A DNA stretch of 64,000 nt from Methanobacterium sp. (GTDB lineage Archaea > Methanobacteriota > Methanobacteria > Methanobacteriales > Methanobacteriaceae): positions 1,736,192-1,800,191 of the forward strand of contig NZ_JBCFBO010000001.1 of assembly GCF_038562635.1 (NCBI RefSeq), given 5' to 3'. The notes beneath the pieces were generated by a model. It was not told where the DNA came from and did no database searches. It worked only from the letters and a program-made list of their open reading frames with translations. Position numbers and translations under genes: made by a program. Of this stretch, positions 18,766 to 28,510 are shown one piece after another. How positions within the stretch are numbered: the stretch's first letter is position 1; every line of letters starts with the position of its first letter.

Positions 18766-20754
18766 ATGGCAGAAGAAAAAAAAGTAGAAACTAGTGAAGA
18801 ACCTAGAATAGGTGTATACGTTTGTCACTGTGGTATCAACATCGGTGGTGTTGTTGACGTAGTGGCAGTTAGAGATTATGCAGCCACACTTCCAAACGTT
18901 GTTGTAGCTGAAGAGTACAAATATTTCTGTTCAGACCCAGGTCAGGAAAAAATCCAGAAGGATATTAAAGAAAAGGGCTTAAACAGAGTAGTAGTAGCAG
19001 CATGTTCACCAAGGCTCCACGAGCCAACATTCAGAAGATGTGTATCAGAAGCAGGATTAAACCCATTTTTATTTGAATTCGCGAACTTAAGAGAACACGA
19101 TTCATGGGTACACATGGATGAACCTGAAGCAGCAACTGAAAAAGCAAAAGACTTAACAAGAATGGCAGTTGCAAAAGCAAGGTTATTAGAACCTCTAGAA
19201 GCTGAAACAGTTAGCGTTACAAATACCGCTATGGTTATCGGTGGAGGAGTTGCAGGTATTCAGTCAGCTCTCGATTTAGCTGACATGGGATTCAAAACTT
19301 ACTTGGTCGAAAAGAACCCAACCATTGGGGGAAGAATGGCCCAGTTAGATAAAACATTCCCAACTCTCGATTGTTCAATGTGTATTCTCGCACCTAAAAT
19401 GGTAGATGCAGGAAAACACGAAAATATTGAATTATTAGCTTACTCAGAAGTTAAAGATGTAGAAGGATACATCGGTAACTTCAAAGTAACCGTAGAAAGA
19501 AAACCAAGATACGTAGACGAAGATCTCTGTGTAGGATGCGGGTCATGTGTAGACGTCTGCCCAATAGAAATACCAAACTACTTCGACGAAGGAATTGGTA
19601 TGGTTAAAGCGGCATACATTCCATTCCCACAAGCAGTACCTCTCCTCGCTACAATCGACAAAGATTATTGTATCGAATGTGGTCTCTGTGACCAGATATG
19701 TGAAAGAGGAGCAGTTCAGCACGATCAGGTAGCTGAAGAAGTTGAACTTGACATAGGTACAATCATCGTTGCAACCGGTTACGACCAGTTCGACGCAAAT
19801 GAAAAACTTGAATACGGATATGCAGACAACGCAAACGTTATCACAGGATTAGAAATCGAAAGGATGATTAACGCATCAGGACCAACAGAAGGTCACGTAT
19901 TAAAACCATCTGACGGTAAACACCCAAAAAGCGTTGCATTCATATTATGTGTTGGTTCAAGGGACGAAAAAGTCGGTAACGAATACTGTTCAAGAGTTTG
20001 CTGTATGCACTCCATGAAAAACGCTCAGCTCGTTAAAGACCACGAACCTGACACTGAAGTCACTATCTATTACATGGATATAAGGGCATTCGGTAAAGGA
20101 TTTGAAGAGTTCTACAAACGGTCACAAGAAAAATACGGTATTAAATTTATCAGAGGCCGGCCAGCAGCAATTCTCGGAAACCCTGACCAGACCCTTACAG
20201 TAAGGGCAGAAGACAGCTTACTTGGAAGAGTAACTGAATACAACTATGATATGGTTGTACTCGCAGCTGGACTCGTACCACCAGCAGGTGCTAACGAATT
20301 AAGACAGACCATTGGGCTCTCCAAGAGTGCAGACGGTTTCTTAATGGAAGCTCACCCAAAACTCAGGCCTGTAGACACACTTACTGAAGGTGTATTCCTT
20401 GCAGGTGTAGCACAAGGACCAAAAGATATTCCTGACTCCGTAGCACAAGCATCAGGTGCTGCAGCAAGAGCAGCAATTCCAATGGTTAAAGGTGAAGTGG
20501 AAATTGAACCAATTACTGCATACACCGATGAAGACGTATGTGGTGCATGTGCAGTTTGTGTAGAACTCTGTCCATACGGAGCTCTAGCAATAGACGAAGG
20601 CCATGCAACTGTTAACATAGCTCTCTGCCACGGATGTGGAACATGCGCTGCAGCATGTCCATCTGGAGCAATGGACCAGAGCCACTTCAAGACTGACCAG
20701 ATTATGGCTCAGATTGAAGCTGCAATGGGCGGAACCGGAGCACAATCCAAATAG
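18766..20754 (+). CDS. hdrA: CoB-CoM heterodisulfide reductase subunit A
   Basis: FAD site [16 protein letters not shown] and four ferredoxin-type motifs ([47 protein letters not shown]). I prefer the ATG at 18766 (AAAGGTGAT upstream) over the track's GTG at 18751. Confidence 0.9.
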   Translation: MAEEKKVETSEEPRIGVYVCHCGINIGGVVDVVAVRDYAATLPNVVVAEEYKYFCSDPGQEKIQKDIKEKGLNRVVVAACSPRLHEPTFRRCVSEAGLNPFLFEFANLREHDSWVHMDEPEAATEKAKDLTRMAVAKARLLEPLEAETVSVTNTAMVIGGGVAGIQSALDLADMGFKTYLVEKNPTIGGRMAQLDKTFPTLDCSMCILAPKMVDAGKHENIELLAYSEVKDVEGYIGNFKVTVERKPRYVDEDLCVGCGSCVDVCPIEIPNYFDEGIGMVKAAYIPFPQAVPLLATIDKDYCIECGLCDQICERGAVQHDQVAEEVELDIGTIIVATGYDQFDANEKLEYGYADNANVITGLEIERMINASGPTEGHVLKPSDGKHPKSVAFILCVGSRDEKVGNEYCSRVCCMHSMKNAQLVKDHEPDTEVTIYYMDIRAFGKGFEEFYKRSQEKYGIKFIRGRPAAILGNPDQTLTVRAEDSLLGRVTEYNYDMVVLAAGLVPPAGANELRQTIGLSKSADGFLMEAHPKLRPVDTLTEGVFLAGVAQGPKDIPDSVAQASGAAARAAIPMVKGEVEIEPITAYTDEDVCGACAVCVELCPYGALAIDEGHATVNIALCHGCGTCAAACPSGAMDQSHFKTDQIMAQIEAAMGGTGAQSK

Positions 20755-21107
20755 ATTAAGGAAATTATTCCTTATCTTTTATTTTTATTTTACAACTATT
20801 TCTAACTAATTAACTGTTTTAACTACTTATTTTAGCTTTATAATAGTTTTAGCGCGTTTAATGAAAGAATTTTAATTATAATCATTTTAATGTCCTGTTG
20901 ACATATACTTAAAGCGTTGGATGCAACTTAAATATGTTTCAAAGCGTTTAAAACTCTTCATTTTTAGCCAGATGTTTTAAAATGATTATTTTAACTAATC
21001 AACTGATTTATTTCCAAAAAGGATATATTAATAATATACAAATTAAAGATCAAAATGTATTAAATTACAGTTTATTTTTAAGAATTTTGTAAGGATGGGA
21101 GTTTAAA

Positions 21108-21898
21108 ATGGACTACAATGAACTTGGAAATAAATTAAAGGAAATCTTGAAATTAAAAAATGATCCAGTTGCCATAAAATGGTCTGTAAAAGAACCAAGA
21201 GATATTGAAAAGGAAGAAGGTAAATCTAGATTTTCTACCAAACTTACGAAAATCGTAGATTTTCGTGCCAACGAAACCATCGGTTTCGTGGCCCCAAACC
21301 TTTGCATTTGAGGGCTCCAAAAATTCTATGAATTTTTGAGAGCTAGACAAAGCTATGCACGGCGAAACTTTCTATGCAACTGCTGAAGAAGAGGAATGTA
21401 TGGGTGGTGCAAGATATTCGGGACTTAAAGACCCAAAGGAATTCCCTGCAAACATGCAAAGTGGTGCATTTTTAGTTCCAATGGGAGTTTACAAGAATAT
21501 ACCTGCAGTTCAACGTTCGTGGAAAAATAATTTGAATGTAGAATGCGGGATTTTTAACGCCGTTATCTTTGCCCCCCCCCCCTTGTAAATGCAGAATTTG
21601 AACTGACGTGATATTTGTAGTCTGCAATGCAAAACAGGGGATGGAAATACTCCATGCAAATGCGTATGATTCGGGTGCACATGGCTTAGGTGCTGATTCA
21701 GGACCAATATGCAGCTCAATGGCCGCAGTTCCTTATATGACTGGAAAGGTCACCTACGGTTTTGGAGATGTGGGTTCCAGACAGCATATGGATATTAACC
21801 CAGAAGATATTATGGTTGCTATTCCTGCAAGTGAATTTTCCCGTATAATATCCAACTTAGAAGAAATGAGAACCAAAAAATTCTTTAAGGAAAGGTGA
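21108..21898 (+). pseudogene. DUF169 family gene, disrupted by a 100-nt hairpin-array insertion and two frameshifts
   Basis: Three consecutive ORF fragments (21108-21311, 21355-21588, 21608-21898) together read as one DUF169-like protein: ...KSRFST / ELDKAMHGETFYATAEEEECMGGARYSGL...VIFAP / LVNAEFE / DVIFVVCNAKQGMEILHANAYDSG... Confidence 0.8.
21240..21339. mobile_element. 100-nt A/T-tract mini-hairpin array inserted in the DUF169 coding sequence (MITE-like behaviour)
   Basis: CGAAAATC-gta-GATTTTCG (21247-21265), ACGAAACC-atc-GGTTTCGT (21271-21289) and CAAAAATTC-tat-GAATTTTTG (21318-21338). Deleting 21240-21339 restores the reading frame between fragments 1 and 2. Boundaries are good to within a few nt. 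Confidence 0.6.
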
Positions 21899-22220
21899 TA
21901 TTAATTTATTCGCTCATGTCCAAGTCTGTGTACATTTATAATTCATGCTATAACTGGTTAATTTAAATTAAAAATTTCAAGATGTCAACCCATTTGTTTT
22001 GTGAACATTCAAAACATGAGCGAATTTATTTTACATTCTTAATTTATCCAGACACTTTTAATTTTGCAGAATTCAGTTTTTTAAGAAAAATCATAGAACT
22101 ATTTCAATAAAAATCAGAATTTTCAGTGATTAAGTAGTCATTTTTGAAAGTATTTATACTCATTTATTTTATACATAGTTATGTAAAGCTACTTAATTTA
22201 CATTTACTCGGAGGCAATCA

Positions 22221-23540
22221 ATGTTTAAAGATGAAAAATGTACTCCCGATGTCAAAAACGGAGGACAATTAATGTACGAAAATCAAAAATATGCTCTTAA
22301 AATCAAAGAAGTTACTAAAGAACATCATAGATGGATGGAAAATAGTATAAACTTAATTGCAAGTGAAAATATAACCAGTATAGACGTAAGGGAAGCTCTA
22401 GCATCAGACCTATCCCACAGATATGCGGAAGGTTTACCATGTGAAAGGCTCTATGAAGGCTGTGAATACATAGACATAATTGAAAACTTAACAATTGACC
22501 TATCCAAAAAACTGTTTAATGCTGAACATGCTAATGTACAGCCAAATTCAGGGGTCGTTGCAAACTTAGCCTCATTTTTTGCCCTTACAAATTATAATGA
22601 CCTCCTTATGGCATTAAATGTGCCTGTAGGTGGCCATATAAGCCATGCAGAAGTCAGTGCAGCCGGAATAAGGGGTTTAAGAATCAAATCACACCCATTC
22701 AACAGCGAAACAATGAACATCGATGCCGATGCTATGAAAAAAGAAATTATAAAAAACAAGCCCAAAATGGTTCTTCTTGGCGGTAGTTTATTCTTATTCC
22801 CTCACCCTGTAGAAGATGCACGTGAAGCAGCAGACGAAGTAGGTGCAAAAGTTATGTACGACGGAGCACATGTACTCGGTCTTATAGCTGGTGGCCAATT
22901 CCAGGACCCTCTTAAAGAAGGAGCTGATATTCTTGCTGGAAGTACCCACAAGACCTTCCCCGGTCCTCAAGGTGGTATGATCCTCTGCAAAGAAGACATA
23001 AAAGATAAAATAGACACAGCTGTATTCCCTGGAGTTGTAAGTAACCATCACCTTCACCATGTAGCTGCATTAGGTATTAGTTTAGCAGAAATGCTTGAGT
23101 TCGGTGAAGATTATGCAAAACAGATAATTAAAAACGCTAAAGCTCTTGCACAGAGCCTTTATGAACTTGGCTTTGATGTTCTCTGTGAAGACCTAGGATT
23201 TACAGAATCTCACCAGGTAGCTATGGATGTTAAGAAAGTAGGCAGTGCAGCTAAAATGGCAAAAGACATGGAAGCTAACAACATCATCCTTAACAAGAAC
23301 TTACTCCCATGGGACGACCGTAAACGGACCGATGATCCATCCGGCATAAGGGTTGGTACACAGGAAATAACCCGCCGTGGATTAAAAGAAGCTCAAATGG
23401 AAGAAGTTGCAGAGTTCATCAAAAAAGTAGCCATGGAAGGTAAAGACGTTAAAGCGGAAGTTACAGAGTTCATGAACCAGTACAACACTGTACACTACTG
23501 TTTCAGAGAAGATTTAGCTTATAAATACATTGATTTCTAA
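22221..23540 (+). CDS. glyA: Serine hydroxymethyltransferase
   Basis: 439 aa with LIASENITS and the PLP-Lys motif [18 protein letters not shown] precedes both the ATG at 22221 and the alternative ATG at 22272. Confidence 0.9.
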   Translation: MFKDEKCTPDVKNGGQLMYENQKYALKIKEVTKEHHRWMENSINLIASENITSIDVREALASDLSHRYAEGLPCERLYEGCEYIDIIENLTIDLSKKLFNAEHANVQPNSGVVANLASFFALTNYNDLLMALNVPVGGHISHAEVSAAGIRGLRIKSHPFNSETMNIDADAMKKEIIKNKPKMVLLGGSLFLFPHPVEDAREAADEVGAKVMYDGAHVLGLIAGGQFQDPLKEGADILAGSTHKTFPGPQGGMILCKEDIKDKIDTAVFPGVVSNHHLHHVAALGISLAEMLEFGEDYAKQIIKNAKALAQSLYELGFDVLCEDLGFTESHQVAMDVKKVGSAAKMAKDMEANNIILNKNLLPWDDRKRTDDPSGIRVGTQEITRRGLKEAQMEEVAEFIKKVAMEGKDVKAEVTEFMNQYNTVHYCFREDLAYKYIDF

Positions 23541-23570
23541 TTCAACTACTCCCCAAATCTTTTATTTTTC

Positions 23571-23858
23571 GGCGCGCCAAACACGAAGTGTTTGAGGGCT
23601 TTTTTCATAAAAAAAGCCGTCAAAAAATCTTCGATTTTTTGGGCCGCGAATCGAAGATTCGCCGGGATTGATCAAAAAAATCCCTCGAAAATCTTAGCTT
23701 GCAAAATTTTTAATTTTGCAGCCCCAAAATTCTACGAATTTTGAGGGATTTTCGGGGCATGTGAAAATTTTCAATTTTCACGGTTGCGAAATTTCATTTC
23801 GCAAACATCAAAAACCTTTGTTTTTTGAAGGCCTCGCGAAAAAACTCTGTTTTTTCGC
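23571..23858. repeat. A/T-tract mini-hairpin array (about 11 hairpins)
   Basis: Examples are CAAAAAATC-ttc-GATTTTTTG, GCGAATC-gaa-GATTCGC, GCAAAATT-ttt-AATTTTGC (23701-23719), GTGAAAAT-tttca-ATTTTCAC (23761-23781), GCGAAAT-ttc-ATTTCGC (23786-23802) and GCGAAAAAAC-tct-GTTTTTTCGC (23836-23858). Confidence 0.9.
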
Positions 23859-24090
23859 TGCGGTAGAAAGAAATCAACTATTTATTCCCTTTTTTAATAT
23901 TTCATTAATTAAAAACAATCAAAATTAGAAATCAATATCTTTCTATTTTTTTAACTTTTCAATACTATTTCTATCAATTTTAAAGGCGAAATCAAATTCT
24001 CGATTATCTATCTAATTTTATAAATACCACTTTTCTCATATATTGAACAAATTAAAGTTTACAATTTTAATACATTTACGAGGAGATTGA

Positions 24091-24783
24091 ATGAAAATAG
24101 CCTTTGGAATTACAGGAGCAGGTCACTTACTTTCAGACAGTGTTGAATTAGTGGAACAGTTAATGACAAAGCATGATGTAACTGTTTTACTTTCAAGTGC
24201 AGGAGAAGAAGTTCTCAAGATGTACGGACTTTACGAAAGAATAGAAACAATAACAGGCGGATATTACAACGAATTAATCCGGGAAAAAGACCAGAGATTC
24301 AGTTATCCTATAACCGGACGATTTTCACTGGGGAAATATGATCTTCTCATTGTATCCCCTGCAACTTCAAATACCATTGGAAAAATTGTAAGTGGTATTG
24401 CAGATTCACTGGTTACAAATGCAGTCGCACAATCTGGAAAAGGCGGAGTTAAAACATGCATAATCCCAGTAGATCTTGAATCAGGGGATGTTGAAACCGT
24501 ACTGCCATCCAAACTTGAATTAGATACATGTCAAAAATGTGAGCCATGTGCCGCTGCAGCCGCTTGTCCAGGCAATGCAATAACTCCAGGGGTTGAAATA
24601 GATCTCCTTAAATGTGAAGGCTGCGGTGCATGTGCAGCAGCATGCCCATTTTCAGCGATTTCTGCCGGGAAAATAATCACCATCCACATGAGGGAAATTG
24701 ATATTGAAAACACCAAAAAACTCTATGAATTTGAAGGTATTGAAGTTTTAGAACATCCTTCTAATTTAAAAAATCTTTTTTAA
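24091..24783 (+). CDS. Archaeoflavoprotein (AfpA-like) fused to a 2x[4Fe-4S] ferredoxin domain; DmrX-like probable dihydromethanopterin reductase
   Basis: [14 protein letters not shown]...SSAGEEV...[27 protein letters not shown] is an AfpA/flavoprotein fold. It is followed by [14 protein letters not shown] and [12 protein letters not shown]. Confidence 0.65.
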   Translation: MKIAFGITGAGHLLSDSVELVEQLMTKHDVTVLLSSAGEEVLKMYGLYERIETITGGYYNELIREKDQRFSYPITGRFSLGKYDLLIVSPATSNTIGKIVSGIADSLVTNAVAQSGKGGVKTCIIPVDLESGDVETVLPSKLELDTCQKCEPCAAAAACPGNAITPGVEIDLLKCEGCGACAAACPFSAISAGKIITIHMREIDIENTKKLYEFEGIEVLEHPSNLKNLF

Positions 24784-25049
24784 ACAGAAAGTAAAAATAA
24801 TAAGTCCACTAAACCTTTATTTTTCCTACAGGATTTAATAAAGAACCATTCAGATTAAAAATATTAATTTTTATTACATTTCTTTTCCAAATATTACAAC
24901 ATATGGAACGCTCACACCCCGAATGTTGTGCAAACAATATCGCTTCATTTTCGTGTGTCACTGTTAATTAAATTGCATTTTTTTAAGATAAATCCCCTAT
25001 AATCAATTAAACTACAATTTAACATAAAGTATAACTAATGCACAGGATC

Positions 25050-25200
25050 ATGGACATGTAAAAATCGCAATTTTTACGGTCACCAAAACCTTCGAAAACT
25101 GTTAAATCTTCGATTTGACGTATCGAAAATTGTAAATTTTCGAATGCTTTGTTTTCGAGGTTCCAAAAATCTCCGATTTTTGAAGACTGTCGGTTTTTGT
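25050..25200. repeat. A/T-tract mini-hairpin array (about 5 hairpins)
   Basis: GTAAAAAT-cgca-ATTTTTAC (25058-25077), CGAAAATT-gta-AATTTTCG and CAAAAATC-tcc-GATTTTTG (25164-25182). Confidence 0.85.
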
Positions 25201-25237
25201 GAACATGAGCGTTAGAAACTTTTAAGAGGGTATCAAT

Positions 25238-25816
25238 ATGGCAGATCAAAACCATCTGGAAAAGTATCGTGAAAAAAGAGATTTTGAAAACACTCCTGAA
25301 CCATTTACAAGTGAAAAAGTTTCAGATAAGCCAAGATTTGTAGTACAAAAACATGATGCAAGTAAACTCCATTATGATTTCAGGTTGGAAGTTAACGGTG
25401 TTTTAAAGTCCTGGGCAATTCCCAAGGGACCTTCTACAGATCCCAGTCAAAAAAGGCTTGCAGTCCCAACAGAAGACCATCCCTTGGACTATATTGATTT
25501 TGAGGGAGTTATTCCTGAGGGAAACTACGGCGCAGGCACTGTAATTGTCTGGGACACTGGCACTTATCACAACTTAAATGAAAAAAATGGCCACAAAATC
25601 AATATGGAAGAATCTATCAACAAGGGACACGTGGATATCTGGCTTGAAGGCCATAAACTTAAAGGGGGCTATGCCCTTATACGTACAGGAAAAGGAAACC
25701 GGAAATTCTGGCTTCTTTTGAAAAAGAAAGATGAAAAAGCAGATAAAAATAAAGACATCCTGATTGATCAGCCAGAATCTGTATTAAGCAGACGTACCAT
25801 CGATGAGATCATATGA
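25238..25816 (+). CDS. Stand-alone LigD-type 3'-phosphoesterase (PE) domain protein
   Basis: 192 aa with LEKYREKRDF..TPEP and FVVQKHDASKLHYDFRLE, the hallmark motif of the DNA ligase D phosphoesterase domain. Confidence 0.8.
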   Translation: MADQNHLEKYREKRDFENTPEPFTSEKVSDKPRFVVQKHDASKLHYDFRLEVNGVLKSWAIPKGPSTDPSQKRLAVPTEDHPLDYIDFEGVIPEGNYGAGTVIVWDTGTYHNLNEKNGHKINMEESINKGHVDIWLEGHKLKGGYALIRTGKGNRKFWLLLKKKDEKADKNKDILIDQPESVLSRRTIDEII

Positions 25817-25884
25817 AAAATACGGCAAAAATGAATAAGTTTTTAAAAGTTTAAAAACAAATATGATAGCTAGGAGGTAGTGCA

Positions 25885-26280
25885 TTGGCCGAATCAGAAA
25901 ATAGAGATTTAAATTATCTTATTGGTGAACTGGAAAATGGTGATTGGAGAAGAAGAGAAGATGCTGTAGAACTTCTTGCAGAATTAGCAGAACCCAAGGC
26001 TGTAGATCCTTTAATTAAAGCATTGAAAGATGAAGACTGTCATGTTAGAGAAGCTGCCGCTTTATCGCTTGGTATTTTCGAAGATAAAAAGGTTATTGCT
26101 CCACTAATTGAAGCACTGCATGATGAAAGGGCAAGTGTTCGATATGCTGCCGCAGTTGGCCTTTCTGGAGCTGGAGATAAGAGCGCTATAAATCCACTTG
26201 AAAAAGCGTCTAATGATGAAAATCCTGTGGTAAAAAAAGTTGCTCAGATGGCTCTAAATTCAATAAAAGAAAGACAATAG
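25885..26280 (+). CDS. HEAT-repeat (PBS-lyase-like) protein
   Basis: 131 aa with repeated units: RREDAVELLAELAEPKAVDPLIKALKDEDCHVREAAALSLG, then VRYAAAVGL, then VKKVAQMAL. TTG start, with AGGAGGT upstream. Confidence 0.65.
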   Translation: MAESENRDLNYLIGELENGDWRRREDAVELLAELAEPKAVDPLIKALKDEDCHVREAAALSLGIFEDKKVIAPLIEALHDERASVRYAAAVGLSGAGDKSAINPLEKASNDENPVVKKVAQMALNSIKERQ

Positions 26281-26310
26281 AACCACCATATTACTTATTT
26301 TTAAATTTAT

Positions 26311-26703
26311 TTATTTAGCATTTTCACACGTAAAATCTAATTCATCCCCTATTTCCGTACCTGATGACTCAATAGTGCCTTTTTCCATTTCTATGACATA
26401 TTTTGCAGGATTTTTAGGAGTATAAGTTTTCCATGGATCAATTGAAATTATATCAACTACTTTTTTATCAACATCTGCAAAAATGATATCCAGAGGAAAC
26501 CTTACAAAAAACATGTGAATAGCTGAACCACTTCGACTTCTACTACTTGGAAGCTTTAAAATTAGTCCACGTTTAAGTTCCTTTTTGAACATTGTTCCCC
26601 TTAATCTTGAGAAGAATGTATCTGCAATTTCGCTTTCGCCAAGTACAGTAGATTTAGTTCTGTTCATTACTATAAGATGTTTACTATTTGGATAATTCTG
26701 CAT
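26311..26703 (-). CDS. DUF192 family protein
   Basis: 130 aa with [13 protein letters not shown]...[15 protein letters not shown]...KYVIEMEKG, the pattern typical of COG1430/DUF192. Confidence 0.6.
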   Translation of the reverse strand: MQNYPNSKHLIVMNRTKSTVLGESEIADTFFSRLRGTMFKKELKRGLILKLPSSRSRSGSAIHMFFVRFPLDIIFADVDKKVVDIISIDPWKTYTPKNPAKYVIEMEKGTIESSGTEIGDELDFTCENAK

Positions 26704-26921
26704 TTTAAAGCCTCTTTTTATAAATTAAAATTATATGCACATTTTCAATAATCATATGACATTTAACATAAGTATTAAATTTTTTAGATTATCTTACTCT
26801 ATTCTTTATTAGTAGGGTAAGAATATATTTAAATATCTTAAAAAATAAGAACATATGAGATCACGGTTACTTTGACTTTACATTTTATGACGTATTTGTA
26901 TAATTAAAAGGGAGGACATTT

Positions 26922-28154
26922 ATGAAAAAAAATATTTTCATTGAAAAGCTCATTCAAAAACCAATTGAACAGCAAGAAATAGAGATAGTAGAAAGAAAAG
27001 GTATAGGACACCCCGATAGTATCAGTGACGGAATAGCAGAATCCGTAAGCAGAGCTTTATGCAATGCATATATCGAGCAGTTCGGAGAAATAATGCACCA
27101 TAACACTGATGAAGTTCAAATTACAGCAGGAGAATCAGACCCAGTATTTGGCGGCGGAGATATAATCAAACCTATGGACATTCTCCTTACAGGAAGAGGA
27201 ATAGCCGAATTCCATAATGAAAAAAATGGAAAATTAGAAATAAAGAAAATGGGCCTTGACAGAATAGCCATAGCTGCTGCAAAAGAATACTTACGAGAAA
27301 ATATCATAAACCTCGATGTCGAAACTGCCACAGTCGTAGAATGTAAAATAGGACACGGATCAGGCGATTTAACAGACGTATTTAAAAGAAAAGGAGAAGC
27401 ACCTTCATCTAACGATACATCATTTGGTGTAGGTTACGCGCCATTTTCAGAAACAGAGAATATAGTACTCGCTACAGAAAATATGCTAAACTCCCGAGAC
27501 TTTAAAAAGAAATATCCTCAAGTAGGTGAAGATATTAAGGTTATGGGACTTAGAGACGATAACCATATCGTGCTTACAGTTGCTTCAGCCATGGTTTCAA
27601 AATATGTTAATGATCTTGACCATTATATCGATGTAAAAGCAAAAGTACACGATGAAGTACAGAAACTTGCCGAAAAGTACACAGAAAGAAATGTAGAAGT
27701 TTATATAAACACTGCAGACATTCATGACCCAGAAAATCCTTCAGTTTATCTGACTGTTACTGGAACTTCCGCAGAAATGGGTGACGACGGTTCTGTAGGA
27801 CGTGGAAACCGTGCAAACGGGTTAATAACACCAAACAGACCTATGTCCATGGAAGCAACTTCCGGAAAGAACCCAATAAACCACGTTGGTAAAATATACA
27901 ACCTTTTATCAAATAAAATTGCAAATGATATAACTGAAGAAGTTGAAGGGGTAAAACAGGTACATATAATGCTTTTAAGCCAGATAGGAAAACCAATTAA
28001 CCTTCCAAAGGCTGCAAGTGTCCAAATGATTCTGGAAAATGGATACCAGCTTGAAAATGTTAACAAGCAGGTAGAAGAAGTCACAGATTACTGGTTAGAA
28101 AATATAACAAGCATAACTGACATGCTTGTAGCTGGTAAAATCAGGACTTTCTAA
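26922..28154 (+). CDS. mat: Archaeal-type S-adenosylmethionine synthetase
   Basis: 410 aa with [19 protein letters not shown] and [17 protein letters not shown]. Confidence 0.9.
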   Translation: MKKNIFIEKLIQKPIEQQEIEIVERKGIGHPDSISDGIAESVSRALCNAYIEQFGEIMHHNTDEVQITAGESDPVFGGGDIIKPMDILLTGRGIAEFHNEKNGKLEIKKMGLDRIAIAAAKEYLRENIINLDVETATVVECKIGHGSGDLTDVFKRKGEAPSSNDTSFGVGYAPFSETENIVLATENMLNSRDFKKKYPQVGEDIKVMGLRDDNHIVLTVASAMVSKYVNDLDHYIDVKAKVHDEVQKLAEKYTERNVEVYINTADIHDPENPSVYLTVTGTSAEMGDDGSVGRGNRANGLITPNRPMSMEATSGKNPINHVGKIYNLLSNKIANDITEEVEGVKQVHIMLLSQIGKPINLPKAASVQMILENGYQLENVNKQVEEVTDYWLENITSITDMLVAGKIRTF

Positions 28155-28510
28155 GCAAATTTTAAGTGAAAAGGTATATACAATGTATGATGCTTGAATA
28201 TGCCCCTTAATCTCTTTTTTTTAGCGAATAAGTTTTATATAACTTATATTTTAAATATAATTAGCATAATTTCTAGTAATAGAAAATTCATTTTATAAAT
28301 ATGTAAAGTTATAGCGTATAGACCAAATATAAAGCTTCTATAATACATTTAACCTTTTAAATAAGTCTATTTCTATTGAAATAGTTTAATATATACATTT
28401 AGCACATCATGAAAGTTAATTTCTTATAAATTTAAAATAAGTAAATATTTATATTTACTTAGTACAATATTACCCCGTGTGAACTTGATAAGATTAAAAG
28501 GGGTGAAAAA

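Noticed and set aside
18766-20754. In-frame TGA (selenocysteine) in hdrA, as in some Methanococcales
   Set aside because: The ORF is uninterrupted and the relevant positions are Cys codons.
21572-21582. C11 tract as a programmed phase-variation switch
   Set aside because: It cannot be distinguished from a homopolymer sequencing error. The gene carries two further independent lesions, so reversible switching would not restore function.
21907-22025. 12-bp inverted repeat ATTCGCTCATGT / ACATGAGCGAAT flanking about 95 bp downstream of the DUF169 pseudogene (possible MITE)
   Set aside because: A single 12-bp inverted repeat within about 100 bp is close to chance expectation for 64 kb (order 0.1-1). 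No second copy was seen in the window.
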